In this document: positions 31,113-40,179 of the stretch, piece by piece
Layout: each line of letters starts with the position of its first letter
Position numbering within the stretch: the first letter of the stretch is position 1
Origin: Minisyncoccota bacterium
Lineage (GTDB): Bacteria > Patescibacteriota > Minisyncoccia > Phycocordibacterales > UBA5272
Length of the DNA stretch: 64,000 bases
Direction of reading: 5' to 3'
NCBI GenBank assembly: GCA_046350775.1
Contig: JAXLZS010000001.1
Location: forward strand, 90,441-154,440
Made by a program: the position numbers and the translations under genes
Notes under the pieces: model-generated
What the model was told of the DNA's origin: nothing
Databases searched by the model: none
What the model saw: the letters and a program-made list of their open reading frames with translations, nothing else

Positions 31113-31781
31113 ATGAAATTAAATTGGAAAAGTATTTTACTTATAATTTTAGTATTAATATTAATTGGTATAGGGATAATTTTTAGAAATAAAGGTGAAT
31201 ATGTACCGGATACGAGTGATAAAGGTATAGCAACTACTACAAATCAAGATATAAATTTAAAAAAAAATAATCAAAAAACTATGGACAATACAAACGAACA
31301 AAAAACTTACACAGAAGCTATACTTCACACAAGTATGGGAGACATATCTTTTGAATTTTCAAAAGACAAACCTCTTACAACTGCTAATTTTCAAAAACTT
31401 GCAGAAAGTGGATTTTATGATGGTGTAAAATTTCACAGAGTTATAAAAGATTTTATGATTCAGACAGGGGATCCACTGTCAAAGGATGATACAAAAAAAG
31501 CATATTGGGGTACTGGTGGACCAGGATATAAATTCCAAGATGAATTAACAGGGGCTGAAAAATATACTATAGGTACAGTAGCTATGGCAAATAGTGGGCC
31601 AAATACAAACGGATCACAATTTTTTATCATGACCAGCAATATGGGATTGCCTCCTTCTTATACAGTATTTGGTAAGGTTGTAGCAGGTATTGATGTGGCT
31701 ATGAAAATCCAAGAAGTAGCGACAGATGCTAGTGATAAACCACTTTCTCCTGTCACTATAAATTCAGTAGATTTGAAATAA
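31113..31781 (+). CDS. Cyclophilin-type PPIase with N-terminal TM
   Basis: FYDGVKFHRVIKDFMIQTGDP, AMANSGPNTNGSQFFI, YTVFGKV. Confidence 0.95.
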   Translation: MKLNWKSILLIILVLILIGIGIIFRNKGEYVPDTSDKGIATTTNQDINLKKNNQKTMDNTNEQKTYTEAILHTSMGDISFEFSKDKPLTTANFQKLAESGFYDGVKFHRVIKDFMIQTGDPLSKDDTKKAYWGTGGPGYKFQDELTGAEKYTIGTVAMANSGPNTNGSQFFIMTSNMGLPPSYTVFGKVVAGIDVAMKIQEVATDASDKPLSPVTINSVDLK

Positions 31782-31796
31782 AAAAGTAAAAAACTC

Positions 31797-31836
31797 AAAA
31801 TAAAAACTCTTGAGAATTTTCAAGAGTTTTTATTTT
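31797..31836. terminator. Bidirectional terminator
   Basis: AAAATAAAAACTCTTGA-loop-TCAAGAGTTTTTATTTT. Confidence 0.7.
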
Positions 31837-31838
31837 TA

Positions 31839-32723
31839 TTATTTTGAGTATCCTTTTTCAAAATCTTGAAAAGACATCTCAGATTTTCCTTCTGGGATGA
31901 CTTTTTCTATTATATCTTTCGCCAATTTATTTTTTGCAAAATCTTTTGAGAGATTTATTTCTGTGACTTTCACTCTTATTTCTCTGTCTTTATGATTTAT
32001 AAAAAAGAAAAGTGGAATATGAGGTAGAAAAGCCTTAAATTTATTTTGTATCTCTTCTGCGTTGTCTTCTAATTTTATTTCTCCTTCCTTCTTTTCAAAT
32101 TTACGAGTAAAAGTAGCCAGATCGTGATCTTGCTCTATCAGCTTTATATTTCCTTCTAGATAATGTTCTAAGATCTGGATTAGCATTTCCACTCCTTCCG
32201 ACCCACATTTTCTTTCTAGTTTTTCATTGATATCTTCATCTAATATATTTATTTCTTTTTGTATTAATATTGGTCCGTGGTCGACTTCTTTGTCTAGCTT
32301 TATAATCGTGATACCTGTAGTATTGTCTCCATTTAGTAAAGCCGTCTGAATAGGCGATGGGCCTCGATATTTTGGCAGAAGTGATGGATGAATATTTAAT
32401 GATCCATGTGCTGGAATATTTAAAATGTTTTCTGAAAGTATTTTTGGATAGCTAGCTACTATAAATACATCAAACTTTTCAGAAAGTGGTGAATTTTCTA
32501 TTTCTAGATTTTTTAGAGTTTCCGGCTGCCAGATTTTTATATTTTTACTCTCACACCAAGTCTTTATTATAGAAGGGTGAATTTCCATGTGGCGACCTGA
32601 TTTTTTGTCTGGAGAAGTTATAACTAAAGACGGAATAAATCCATTTTGATACAAATTATAAAGCGAACTTTCAGCCAGCGGACCACTACCAAAAAAAGCG
32701 AATTTAATATTTTTATTTTGCAT
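31839..32723 (-). CDS. fmt: Methionyl-tRNA formyltransferase
   Basis: FFGS, T.PDK..GR, NIHPSLLPKYRGPSPIQ, DHGPI. Confidence 0.94.
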   Translation of the reverse strand: MQNKNIKFAFFGSGPLAESSLYNLYQNGFIPSLVITSPDKKSGRHMEIHPSIIKTWCESKNIKIWQPETLKNLEIENSPLSEKFDVFIVASYPKILSENILNIPAHGSLNIHPSLLPKYRGPSPIQTALLNGDNTTGITIIKLDKEVDHGPILIQKEINILDEDINEKLERKCGSEGVEMLIQILEHYLEGNIKLIEQDHDLATFTRKFEKKEGEIKLEDNAEEIQNKFKAFLPHIPLFFFINHKDREIRVKVTEINLSKDFAKNKLAKDIIEKVIPEGKSEMSFQDFEKGYSK

Positions 32724-33261
32724 GTTTTTCTATTTCTATTTCTTGAATATTTTCTGCGTGATCTATAAAAAGTATTCCCTCAAGATGATCACATTCATGT
32801 TGAAAGATTTGAGATATGAGTCCTGATGCTCCGAAAGAAAATTTATTTCCTACAAAGTCTTGCGCCTCGATAGTCACGCTAGCATGACGCTCAGTAGTCC
32901 CGTAGAGAGGTCTGACAGATAGACACCCTTCGTCTGCGAGCATTGTTTTTTTGCTGGCTTTTGTGATTTTTGGATTAATAAATATTAAGGGTTTCCATTT
33001 TGCATCTTTATTTGCTACAGAATAAGCGGATTCTTTTACTAGAAATATTTTTTTAGAAATGCCAATTTGTGGAGCGGCGATAGCTACACCATCATCTTCT
33101 TTATTCATAGCTTCACGCATATCGTCTATGATTTTTTTTAGTTCCGGTGTGCCAAATTCTCTTTTCAAGACTTCTTTAGCTTCCATTCTCAAAACACTCT
33201 TTTCGTCGAGTTTTTGCTCTTTTTCTTCCTTTTTCCAATCAATTTGGACTATTTTGACCAT
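32713..33261 (-). CDS. def: Peptide deformylase
   Basis: GVAIAAPQIG, EGCLS, QHECDHL. Confidence 0.96.
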   Translation of the reverse strand: MVKIVQIDWKKEEKEQKLDEKSVLRMEAKEVLKREFGTPELKKIIDDMREAMNKEDDGVAIAAPQIGISKKIFLVKESAYSVANKDAKWKPLIFINPKITKASKKTMLADEGCLSVRPLYGTTERHASVTIEAQDFVGNKFSFGASGLISQIFQHECDHLEGILFIDHAENIQEIEIEKHAK

Positions 33262-33371
33262 ATATTTAAATGCTCATTTATGAATTGATTTTAACATATT
33301 AGTTTTTCTAAACATACTTGACAATACGCCTTAAATAAATTATCATATTTTCAGTATTAAAAAATAGTATA

Positions 33372-33617
33372 TTGTTTAATCTCAAAAAGGGTGACAGAGT
33401 AACAAGAAGTGAAAATCACCCACACTACAAAAGATATAAAGGATTGGTTGGAACCGTTGTCGAAATTATTAAAATTAAAGGTTCTAGGACTCGTTATAAG
33501 ATTAAATGGGATAAAAAATCTGGGAAATGGATACCCAATCTTTTTGGAACATTTTATCCTGATAAGGGTCAACAACATTCGACTCTTTTACCAAAATATC
33601 TTTTGAGAGTGAACTGA
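33372..33617 (+). CDS. Small hypothetical protein, KOW/SH3-like
   Basis: LKKGDRV...YKGLVGTVVEI...YKIKWD; TTG start; upstream TTGACA-17-TATCAT. Confidence 0.55.
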   Translation: MFNLKKGDRVTRSENHPHYKRYKGLVGTVVEIIKIKGSRTRYKIKWDKKSGKWIPNLFGTFYPDKGQQHSTLLPKYLLRVN

Positions 33618-33620
33618 TTC

Positions 33621-35603
33621 TTAATAAACACTTTGCGGATTGATTTCCAGACGGAAGTCAGACAGTAAGGTGTTTATTTTTTTTGCTAAATTTGTCGGAT
33701 ATATAATATTTTCTTTTTCAAATTCCCAATATTCTTTTTTTAGCATAAACATACCAACATAGCTTTTAGAAATATTTTCTTTCCACCAGACTATTTTATT
33801 TTTTTCTACTTTTTCTTCCTTGAATATTCTATCGAGCAGATTTTCTATATCATTTTTAAGTTTCAATTCTTTTTCCGATAATTTAAACTTTATAATATTT
33901 ACAAACGGTGGAAGTGATAATTCTTCTCGAGTTTTTATTTCATCTTCTAAAAATTTCTTATAATCATTTTCTTTTATATATTTCCAAATATTATTTTCTG
34001 GCAGCCTGGTTTCTATCAAAATTTTTTCTTTAGTTTTACATTTTTCTTTTATCTCTAAAATCAGATTTATTATTTTTTCATCAATGTTTATTTCTGGAAT
34101 TGAAAATAGTGTGTCTATAGAAATAATGGCAGCAAAATCTATTTTTAAATTTTGATCAAAAGAGGCGAGGGCCAGGTCTGTACCTATTAAGATAGAAAGT
34201 TTTTCTTCTTGCCAAGCTTTTATAGTATCATTTATTTTTTTCTTAGTGTTTGCATTTTTAGAGTCGAGTAAAAAAGTTTTCCATTCTATTTCTTTTAGAT
34301 TATTTTCTATACCTTCTACTCCGATACCAATAGTCTCCATTCTCCAGCTAGCACAATTTTTACAAATTAGATTTTCATCTTTTTTTAATTCTTTTTTTGT
34401 TTTGCAGTTAGTACACACATATTCTCTGTGATTGTCATTTTTTTTAAATAAAATGAGAGGTTTATCACAAGTCTCGCATTTCAATATTGTATTACAATCT
34501 TGGCAGATAGTCTCTGTGTAAAGTCCTTTTCTTTTTGTGTATAAAAAGATTTTTCCTTCTTTTTTATTTTTAAACTCTTCGAGTTTTTCAATTAATTCTT
34601 CCGCAAAATATACTTTGCTGTATTTAGGGTTTTTGCTTTCTGATATTCTTTTTATCCTATTTTCTAGATCTTCTTTTTTTTGCTTATTTTTACTTATATC
34701 TATTATCTTAAAATTTTCAGTTTTTTTATTATCTCTTTCCAAGAGATTTTTCTTTTGGATATTTTTAAAAGTTTCTAAAGAAATTATCTCTCCAGCAGAT
34801 ATTGTCTCCAGCTCTAAATCTTTTGATGTATTTTGTATTATTTTTCTACTATCTATTTGTCTTTTAGCGCTATGTGAAAAATAATTGTATGAATTTTCTT
34901 TTTCAATTATCACGGTTTTTAAATTTATCTTATCTTTTAAAATGAAAGGCAAAAGTGATGGAGTCGATAAAATCAAGACAGTATTCTCCTTTTTTAATTT
35001 ATTGATATTTTTTTCTTGATCTTTTTTTGTCTGTCCAGAATGAAAATATGTTAAAGATTCAGAAAAATCTTTTTCTAAAATTTTTCTCATATTTTCTAAA
35101 TCATTAATAGTTGGCAAAAATATTACGAGTGATCTTTTTTCTTTTAATAATTTTCCTATTTTTTCTTTATAAAAATCTATGCGCAAATCAATTGGTAATA
35201 TTATCCCTTGATTTTTGTGGATATTTTTTTTAATTTCAGAGTCTGAATTATTTATCAATAATAAATCTGATGAATCTATTAAAAATTTAGGTATAAAACC
35301 ATCTAAAATATCACTTTCTTTGACTCCGAGCAGTATTGAAATGTTCTTTATACTTGTCTCCAATTTTTCAGGAAGAAAATTATCCATGATTTTTCTTTCA
35401 ATTTTTTTCAAAATAAAATTCTGGGATTTTAAATCTATTTTTTTGTTTTTTGCTGGTATGACTTCAGAAATAATTCCAAAAATTTTTCTATTTCGGATTT
35501 TTATTTCTACGAGAGATCCTAACAGAATCTTGTCTTTTGAAAAATAGGAAAAATAATTTTCTGGCAATCCTGTAGCTATAGGTGTGACCTGTAATATATA
35601 CAT
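33621..35603 (-). CDS. priA: Primosomal protein N' (degenerate helicase motifs)
   Basis: FSYF..GSLVEI..R; four CxxC (CQDC, CETC, CTNC, CKNC); GIGVE, ILIGT, R..L.LPPF; start reassigned to ATG 35603. Confidence 0.85.
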   Translation of the reverse strand: MYILQVTPIATGLPENYFSYFSKDKILLGSLVEIKIRNRKIFGIISEVIPAKNKKIDLKSQNFILKKIERKIMDNFLPEKLETSIKNISILLGVKESDILDGFIPKFLIDSSDLLLINNSDSEIKKNIHKNQGIILPIDLRIDFYKEKIGKLLKEKRSLVIFLPTINDLENMRKILEKDFSESLTYFHSGQTKKDQEKNINKLKKENTVLILSTPSLLPFILKDKINLKTVIIEKENSYNYFSHSAKRQIDSRKIIQNTSKDLELETISAGEIISLETFKNIQKKNLLERDNKKTENFKIIDISKNKQKKEDLENRIKRISESKNPKYSKVYFAEELIEKLEEFKNKKEGKIFLYTKRKGLYTETICQDCNTILKCETCDKPLILFKKNDNHREYVCTNCKTKKELKKDENLICKNCASWRMETIGIGVEGIENNLKEIEWKTFLLDSKNANTKKKINDTIKAWQEEKLSILIGTDLALASFDQNLKIDFAAIISIDTLFSIPEINIDEKIINLILEIKEKCKTKEKILIETRLPENNIWKYIKENDYKKFLEDEIKTREELSLPPFVNIIKFKLSEKELKLKNDIENLLDRIFKEEKVEKNKIVWWKENISKSYVGMFMLKKEYWEFEKENIIYPTNLAKKINTLLSDFRLEINPQSVY

Positions 35604-35841
35604 ATTTATATTAAAATTATATAACAAAAGAGTTAAATTAAAAATTTTAAGAACATTAGGATTTTTAATTGATTCTGTCAATAGAAAAAACTCTTATTTT
35701 TACTCGAAAATTTATTTTGACATAAAAAATATTTTCCGCTAGATTGCATTCGTATTTTGCTTTGGAGTATAATTTATACATAAAAATTTGTGAGTGAATG
35801 TGAATTTATTTTTATTTAAAAAAATATAATATTTAAAATAT

Positions 35842-36018
35842 ATGACACCTGACAAAGATATTAATAATGATCAAAATGTCGATTTACATTTTGTTACTGG
35901 TATAGAAAAAGAAAAGTTTCAAGATCCAAAAATTAGTCAATTTTTAAATATTTACAACATTATCACAAGTGCCGCTTTTAAATCTTCTGTGCAAAATAAA
36001 ATCAGCCAATCAGTCTAA
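35842..36018 (+). CDS. 58-aa hypothetical protein (not in ORF track)
   Basis: MTPDKDINNDQNVDLHFVTGIEKEKFQDPKISQFLNIYNIITSAAFKSSVQNKISQSV*; upstream TTGACA-17-TAGATT. Confidence 0.55.
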   Translation: MTPDKDINNDQNVDLHFVTGIEKEKFQDPKISQFLNIYNIITSAAFKSSVQNKISQSV

Positions 36019-36156
36019 TTCTTAACATAAAATTTGCTGTGGATAAAATTTAGTTTTATATTTTTTGATATGCTAAACTAAACTAGTAATAAAAGCTCTT
36101 ACTTTAAGTATTTTAAGCATTATTAACAGATTAAAAATTAAATTTTATTTAAAAAT

Positions 36157-36471
36157 ATGGACTACGAAGACCAAGAAGATCAAGATTTAAATGTAAATAT
36201 AAAAAATATTTTACATAAATCTAAGTTGTCTTTTGATGAGACAAGAGCTTTTTTTGATGGATTGCAGTATTTACCGGTAGAAGATAAGAGGCAATTTATC
36301 GCTATGATAGAGCAAGATCCAGAATTAATTTATCCTCTCTATATAAATTTCAAAGCAAAGCTTACAGCTCTAGAAGAGGATACATCAGGTAGATCTTGGG
36401 ATCAGATTGTAGAGGACGAAATAAATCAGCTCGAGCAACATTTGAAAAATAAAGGAATGATAAACGATTAA
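36157..36471 (+). CDS. Hypothetical acidic helical protein
   Basis: 104-aa ORF, first gene of an apparent operon. Confidence 0.65.
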   Translation: MDYEDQEDQDLNVNIKNILHKSKLSFDETRAFFDGLQYLPVEDKRQFIAMIEQDPELIYPLYINFKAKLTALEEDTSGRSWDQIVEDEINQLEQHLKNKGMIND

Positions 36472-36475
36472 AAAT

Positions 36476-36670
36476 ATGGCACATTTGGCAAAAATTTTAC
36501 TTATAATTGGAGGACTAGAATTAGGTATACTTGGAGTAGGAAAATTGATTAATTCCGAAAAAGACTTAAACATTATAGAGCTGTTTCGCAATTTTCATCC
36601 TTTACTTCCTACAATTTTGTATTTATTGATAGGAGTTTCAGCTTTTGTTTTAATCTTTAAAAAAGATTAA
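36476..36670 (+). CDS. DUF378-like small membrane protein
   Basis: LLIIGGL..G..G ... ILYLLIGVSA. Confidence 0.75.
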   Translation: MAHLAKILLIIGGLELGILGVGKLINSEKDLNIIELFRNFHPLLPTILYLLIGVSAFVLIFKKD

Positions 36671-36674
36671 TTTT

Positions 36675-37391
36675 ATGATATTACCAGATATTTCAAAACT
36701 TGGTCAGCCAGCCAAGACCTTTGGTAGATTGATAATTCTTGCTATCTTGATAGCTATTTTTTATTTTTTTACTAATCAATTTAATTTGTATTTTGGATCT
36801 GATAATAATGAGATAATATCCAATTCCTCAAATCAAGATTTTTTAAAAAACTTAACTTTTGATTACAAAATAACAAAAGTAGTTGATGGGGATACTATCG
36901 ATATTGAAAGGGTCGATGGTGGTAAAGTCTTAGATGAGAAAGAGGTGATGAAAGTGAGGCTTTTAGGTATAAATTCTCCAGAAACTGTAGACCCTAGAAG
37001 ACCTGTAGAATGTTATGGTAAAGAGGCTAGCGGCTATTTAAAAAGTATTGCTGACGGTAAATTGGCAGCTATAGAGCTCGACAATACACAAACTGTACAT
37101 GATAAATATGGTAGGATTTTGGCTTATGTTTATATTAAAAGAGCTGGAATAAAGGATCAGAATATATTTATGCTAAATAGTGACATGATTAAAAATGGGT
37201 ATGCTTATGAATACACATACGATTTACCTTATAAATATCAAGATGAATTTAAATCTTTAGAATTAATTGCTAAAAATAATTATACAGGTCTCTGGGGGCT
37301 TAATACTTGCAACGGATTAAAGACCCCTGTAGCTCCTCCTGTAGATACTAGAGATGGAAATGTTTCGTATTATAATAATACTAACTCATAA
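36675..37391 (+). CDS. Thermonuclease (SNase) family, membrane anchored
   Basis: VVDGDTI, VRLLGINSPE, DKYGRILAYV, GLW. Confidence 0.93.
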   Translation: MILPDISKLGQPAKTFGRLIILAILIAIFYFFTNQFNLYFGSDNNEIISNSSNQDFLKNLTFDYKITKVVDGDTIDIERVDGGKVLDEKEVMKVRLLGINSPETVDPRRPVECYGKEASGYLKSIADGKLAAIELDNTQTVHDKYGRILAYVYIKRAGIKDQNIFMLNSDMIKNGYAYEYTYDLPYKYQDEFKSLELIAKNNYTGLWGLNTCNGLKTPVAPPVDTRDGNVSYYNNTNS

Positions 37392-37395
37392 ATTT

Positions 37396-38148
37396 ATGCA
37401 AGAATTTTTTAAGAAAATGTTTTTTACAGGATTAAAGATATTATTATTTATCTTTATTATATTAATAATATATTTTTTGATTAATTATTTTTTCCCTCAT
37501 ACTTTTGATAGATTTAGAACTCAAAATGTAGGAAGCGCATCTTCGACTGTAGTAGAAAATCAATCTTTTGGATACAGAATGTATAATCTATTTTTTAATA
37601 GTAAAAAATCCAATATTACTCAAAATCCTAGTAGTGGAGAAATCGTTAAAAGGAAATCTTTTTGGAGTGGCGACGGAGAAAATACTGTCTGGGGCGACAG
37701 TTCTTCTACTACTTGGGGAAGTAGTGTGAGCGATAATACTTGGGGAGGTGGCAGATCATATGATAAATTGTCTATCAGATCGGGAGTATTTATTTCTGCC
37801 AATACCGCCAAATCTCCAATACAAAAGATGTCTATCAATAACCTTTTAATAAATACTTACAATAAAAATATTTTAGTTGATGGAAGTATTATCACTGGCA
37901 ATATTTTTACAGGCTTTCAAAGTCAATATTATTTCAATCTAAATATCTATGATATAGATGGTAATTTTTTATTCTTTATACCTGTCAGCTCAGCAAAAGA
38001 TTTAAAAAATATAGACAACTCTACTTTTTATGGAGTCTACAATAAAAATTTTAATTATAAAAATTATCAAGGAGATGGGTATATGGCTATATATTCTGAC
38101 GATCCTAATGTTGAAGGTATAGTTTTAATAAAGATACTTATAAAGTAG
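37396..38148 (+). CDS. Membrane-anchored protein with WG repeats and C-terminal Gmad2-like Ig domain
   Basis: TM helix; FWSG/VWGD/TWGS/TWGG; ITG..F...F.L.IYD.DGN..GYMAIYSDDP; start reassigned to 37396. Confidence 0.6.
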   Translation: MQEFFKKMFFTGLKILLFIFIILIIYFLINYFFPHTFDRFRTQNVGSASSTVVENQSFGYRMYNLFFNSKKSNITQNPSSGEIVKRKSFWSGDGENTVWGDSSSTTWGSSVSDNTWGGGRSYDKLSIRSGVFISANTAKSPIQKMSINNLLINTYNKNILVDGSIITGNIFTGFQSQYYFNLNIYDIDGNFLFFIPVSSAKDLKNIDNSTFYGVYNKNFNYKNYQGDGYMAIYSDDPNVEGIVLIKILIK

Positions 38149-38150
38149 AT

Positions 38151-38588
38151 TTATAATTCTTTTTTCATTAATTCTAATACTGATTCTAATTTTTCTTTAA
38201 GATCTTTTATTTGTTCTTCAATAAATATCATCTCTTTTGCTACATCTTCAGCGTGAGCCCCTCCTCCTGCGCGATCTCTTCTTTCGTGCTCATTCTCTAA
38301 TGTTTGATATTCTGATTCTAATGTTGCAATATTTTGCTCTAGCTTTATTTTTTCTTTAGATAATGTTTCAAATTTTTCATTTATATCATCAAAAATTTTA
38401 CATTCTTTTTCTAGACTTTCTATTGTCGTGTTTAAGTATTGATCAGAGTTATGCATCATTTTTTTTGCAGCTAAACTCAAGTCTTTAAATTCTATTTTTT
38501 TATCCCTATAGGTTTTTAATTCATTTAAGATATTTCTAACTTGTTCTTCCGTCAAAACTTCAGGCTTATGAGGTAATTTTTCTAACAT
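38151..38588 (-). CDS. Hypothetical coiled-coil protein
   Basis: 145-aa E/K/L-rich ORF. Confidence 0.6.
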   Translation of the reverse strand: MLEKLPHKPEVLTEEQVRNILNELKTYRDKKIEFKDLSLAAKKMMHNSDQYLNTTIESLEKECKIFDDINEKFETLSKEKIKLEQNIATLESEYQTLENEHERRDRAGGGAHAEDVAKEMIFIEEQIKDLKEKLESVLELMKKEL

Positions 38589-38596
38589 AATCTGTT

Positions 38597-39043
38597 TTAC
38601 TTTACTAGTTCATCAATGACTTCTTTTACGAGATTTCCATCTACATTTGTGCCAAGTTCTTTCATCATCATACCCATAAATTGTCCTTTTTTAGTAGGAT
38701 CGATAGGCGATTCTGCTAATTTAGCTGAGACTTTAGCCACAACTTCTTCACGAGTCATCTGGGCTGGTAAAAATTCTTCTAAGATTTTCATCTCAGCCGT
38801 CTCATCTTCTGCGAGCTCTGGTCTGCCAGCATTAGTAAATTGATCAATAGAATCTTTTCTCTTTTTTACTTCTCTTTTAATAACTTTTAAAGCTTCTTCA
38901 TCGGTCAGAGTTTCGGTAGGCATTTTACTCATAGATACGAGCTCATTTGTAAAAGCTGCAGAGAGCATACGGAGTACTCCGAGTCTTTCCATATTTTTTT
39001 CCATCATGGCTTTTTTAATTTCTGCTTTTATTGTTTCTTGCAT
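38597..39043 (-). CDS. GatB/YqeY domain protein
   Basis: KAM.EK...L.VLR, KKRKDSI.QF..AGR.ELA..E..E..IL..FLP. Confidence 0.93.
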   Translation of the reverse strand: MQETIKAEIKKAMMEKNMERLGVLRMLSAAFTNELVSMSKMPTETLTDEEALKVIKREVKKRKDSIDQFTNAGRPELAEDETAEMKILEEFLPAQMTREEVVAKVSAKLAESPIDPTKKGQFMGMMMKELGTNVDGNLVKEVIDELVK

Positions 39044-39154
39044 AGATTTATATATTTTATTACTTTTTGATTATATCACAAATACTTTTCTTTATAAATT
39101 TCATATCTTATTTGACTAGATTTTAATTATATTTTGTGATATAATATTAATATT

Positions 39155-40177
39155 ATGTTAATCGATCATGTAAACTTAAAAGTAAAAGCTGGAGATGGAG
39201 GCACTGGAGTAGTCAGATGGAGAAGAGAAAAGCATATTGCTTTTGGAGGGCCAGCTGGGGGAGATGGAGGAAAAGGTGGAGACGTGTATTTTCGTGTTGT
39301 ACATGATATACACGCTTTAAATGATTATAAAAATAAAAAAGAGTGGGCGGCTGACAATGGAGAAGCTGGGAAAAAGAAAAGTATGTTTGGCGCTAATGCT
39401 GAAGATCTATATCTTAGAATACCTGTCGGATCTGTAGTTTATAATAAAACCTATAATATTAAGTATGAATGTGATAAAGAAGGTGAAGAAATTTTAGTAC
39501 TTCACGGTGGCAAAGGGGGTCTTGGAAATGAAAATTTTAAAACTAGTACCAATCGTGCTCCAGAAGAATTTACTAAAGGTGACAGAGGAGAAGATGCGGA
39601 ATTTGAAATAGAATTAAAACTGATAGCAGATGCTGGCTTTATAGGCCTCCCAAACGCCGGAAAAAGCTCTCTACTCAACGCTATCACCAATAGTACTGCA
39701 AAGATAGGTAATTATCCTTTTACTACTCTAGATCCAAATTTAGGAGCTTTCAGAAAATTTATTTTAGCTGATATTCCAGGGATAATTGAAGGCGCAAGTG
39801 AGGGGAAAGGTCTTGGTTTTAGATTTTTAAAACATATTTCTCGCACTAAAATATTATTTCATTTAGTGGCAGCTAGTGATAAAGATGTGAAAGAATCTTA
39901 TAAGACAATCAGAAACGAATTGAAATCGTATGACAAGAAGAATAAAGACAATGATCTTTTGATAGACAAAGATAATTTACTTGAAAATAAAAAAGAGATA
40001 TTGGTTTTATCTAAAGTAGACGAGGTGACAGATAAAAAAGAGCTTGATAAAAAGATTTCTGATCTTGTAAAAGTTTCAAAGCAGAAAAAAGAAGATATTA
40101 TTTTACTTTCTCTTTACGATGATAAATCTGTAAAAGAATTTGAAAAACATTTGGAAAAAGTTTTAAAAAATAGATAA
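39155..40177 (+). CDS. obgE: GTPase ObgE
   Basis: GGPAGGDGGKGGDV, GLPNAGKSS, YPFTTLDPNLG, DIPG. Confidence 0.96.
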   Translation: MLIDHVNLKVKAGDGGTGVVRWRREKHIAFGGPAGGDGGKGGDVYFRVVHDIHALNDYKNKKEWAADNGEAGKKKSMFGANAEDLYLRIPVGSVVYNKTYNIKYECDKEGEEILVLHGGKGGLGNENFKTSTNRAPEEFTKGDRGEDAEFEIELKLIADAGFIGLPNAGKSSLLNAITNSTAKIGNYPFTTLDPNLGAFRKFILADIPGIIEGASEGKGLGFRFLKHISRTKILFHLVAASDKDVKESYKTIRNELKSYDKKNKDNDLLIDKDNLLENKKEILVLSKVDEVTDKKELDKKISDLVKVSKQKKEDIILLSLYDDKSVKEFEKHLEKVLKNR

Positions 40178-40179
40178 AA

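Noticed and set aside
26811-36046. Replication origin
   Set aside because: DnaA boxes are single and kilobases apart; no dnaA or dnaN.
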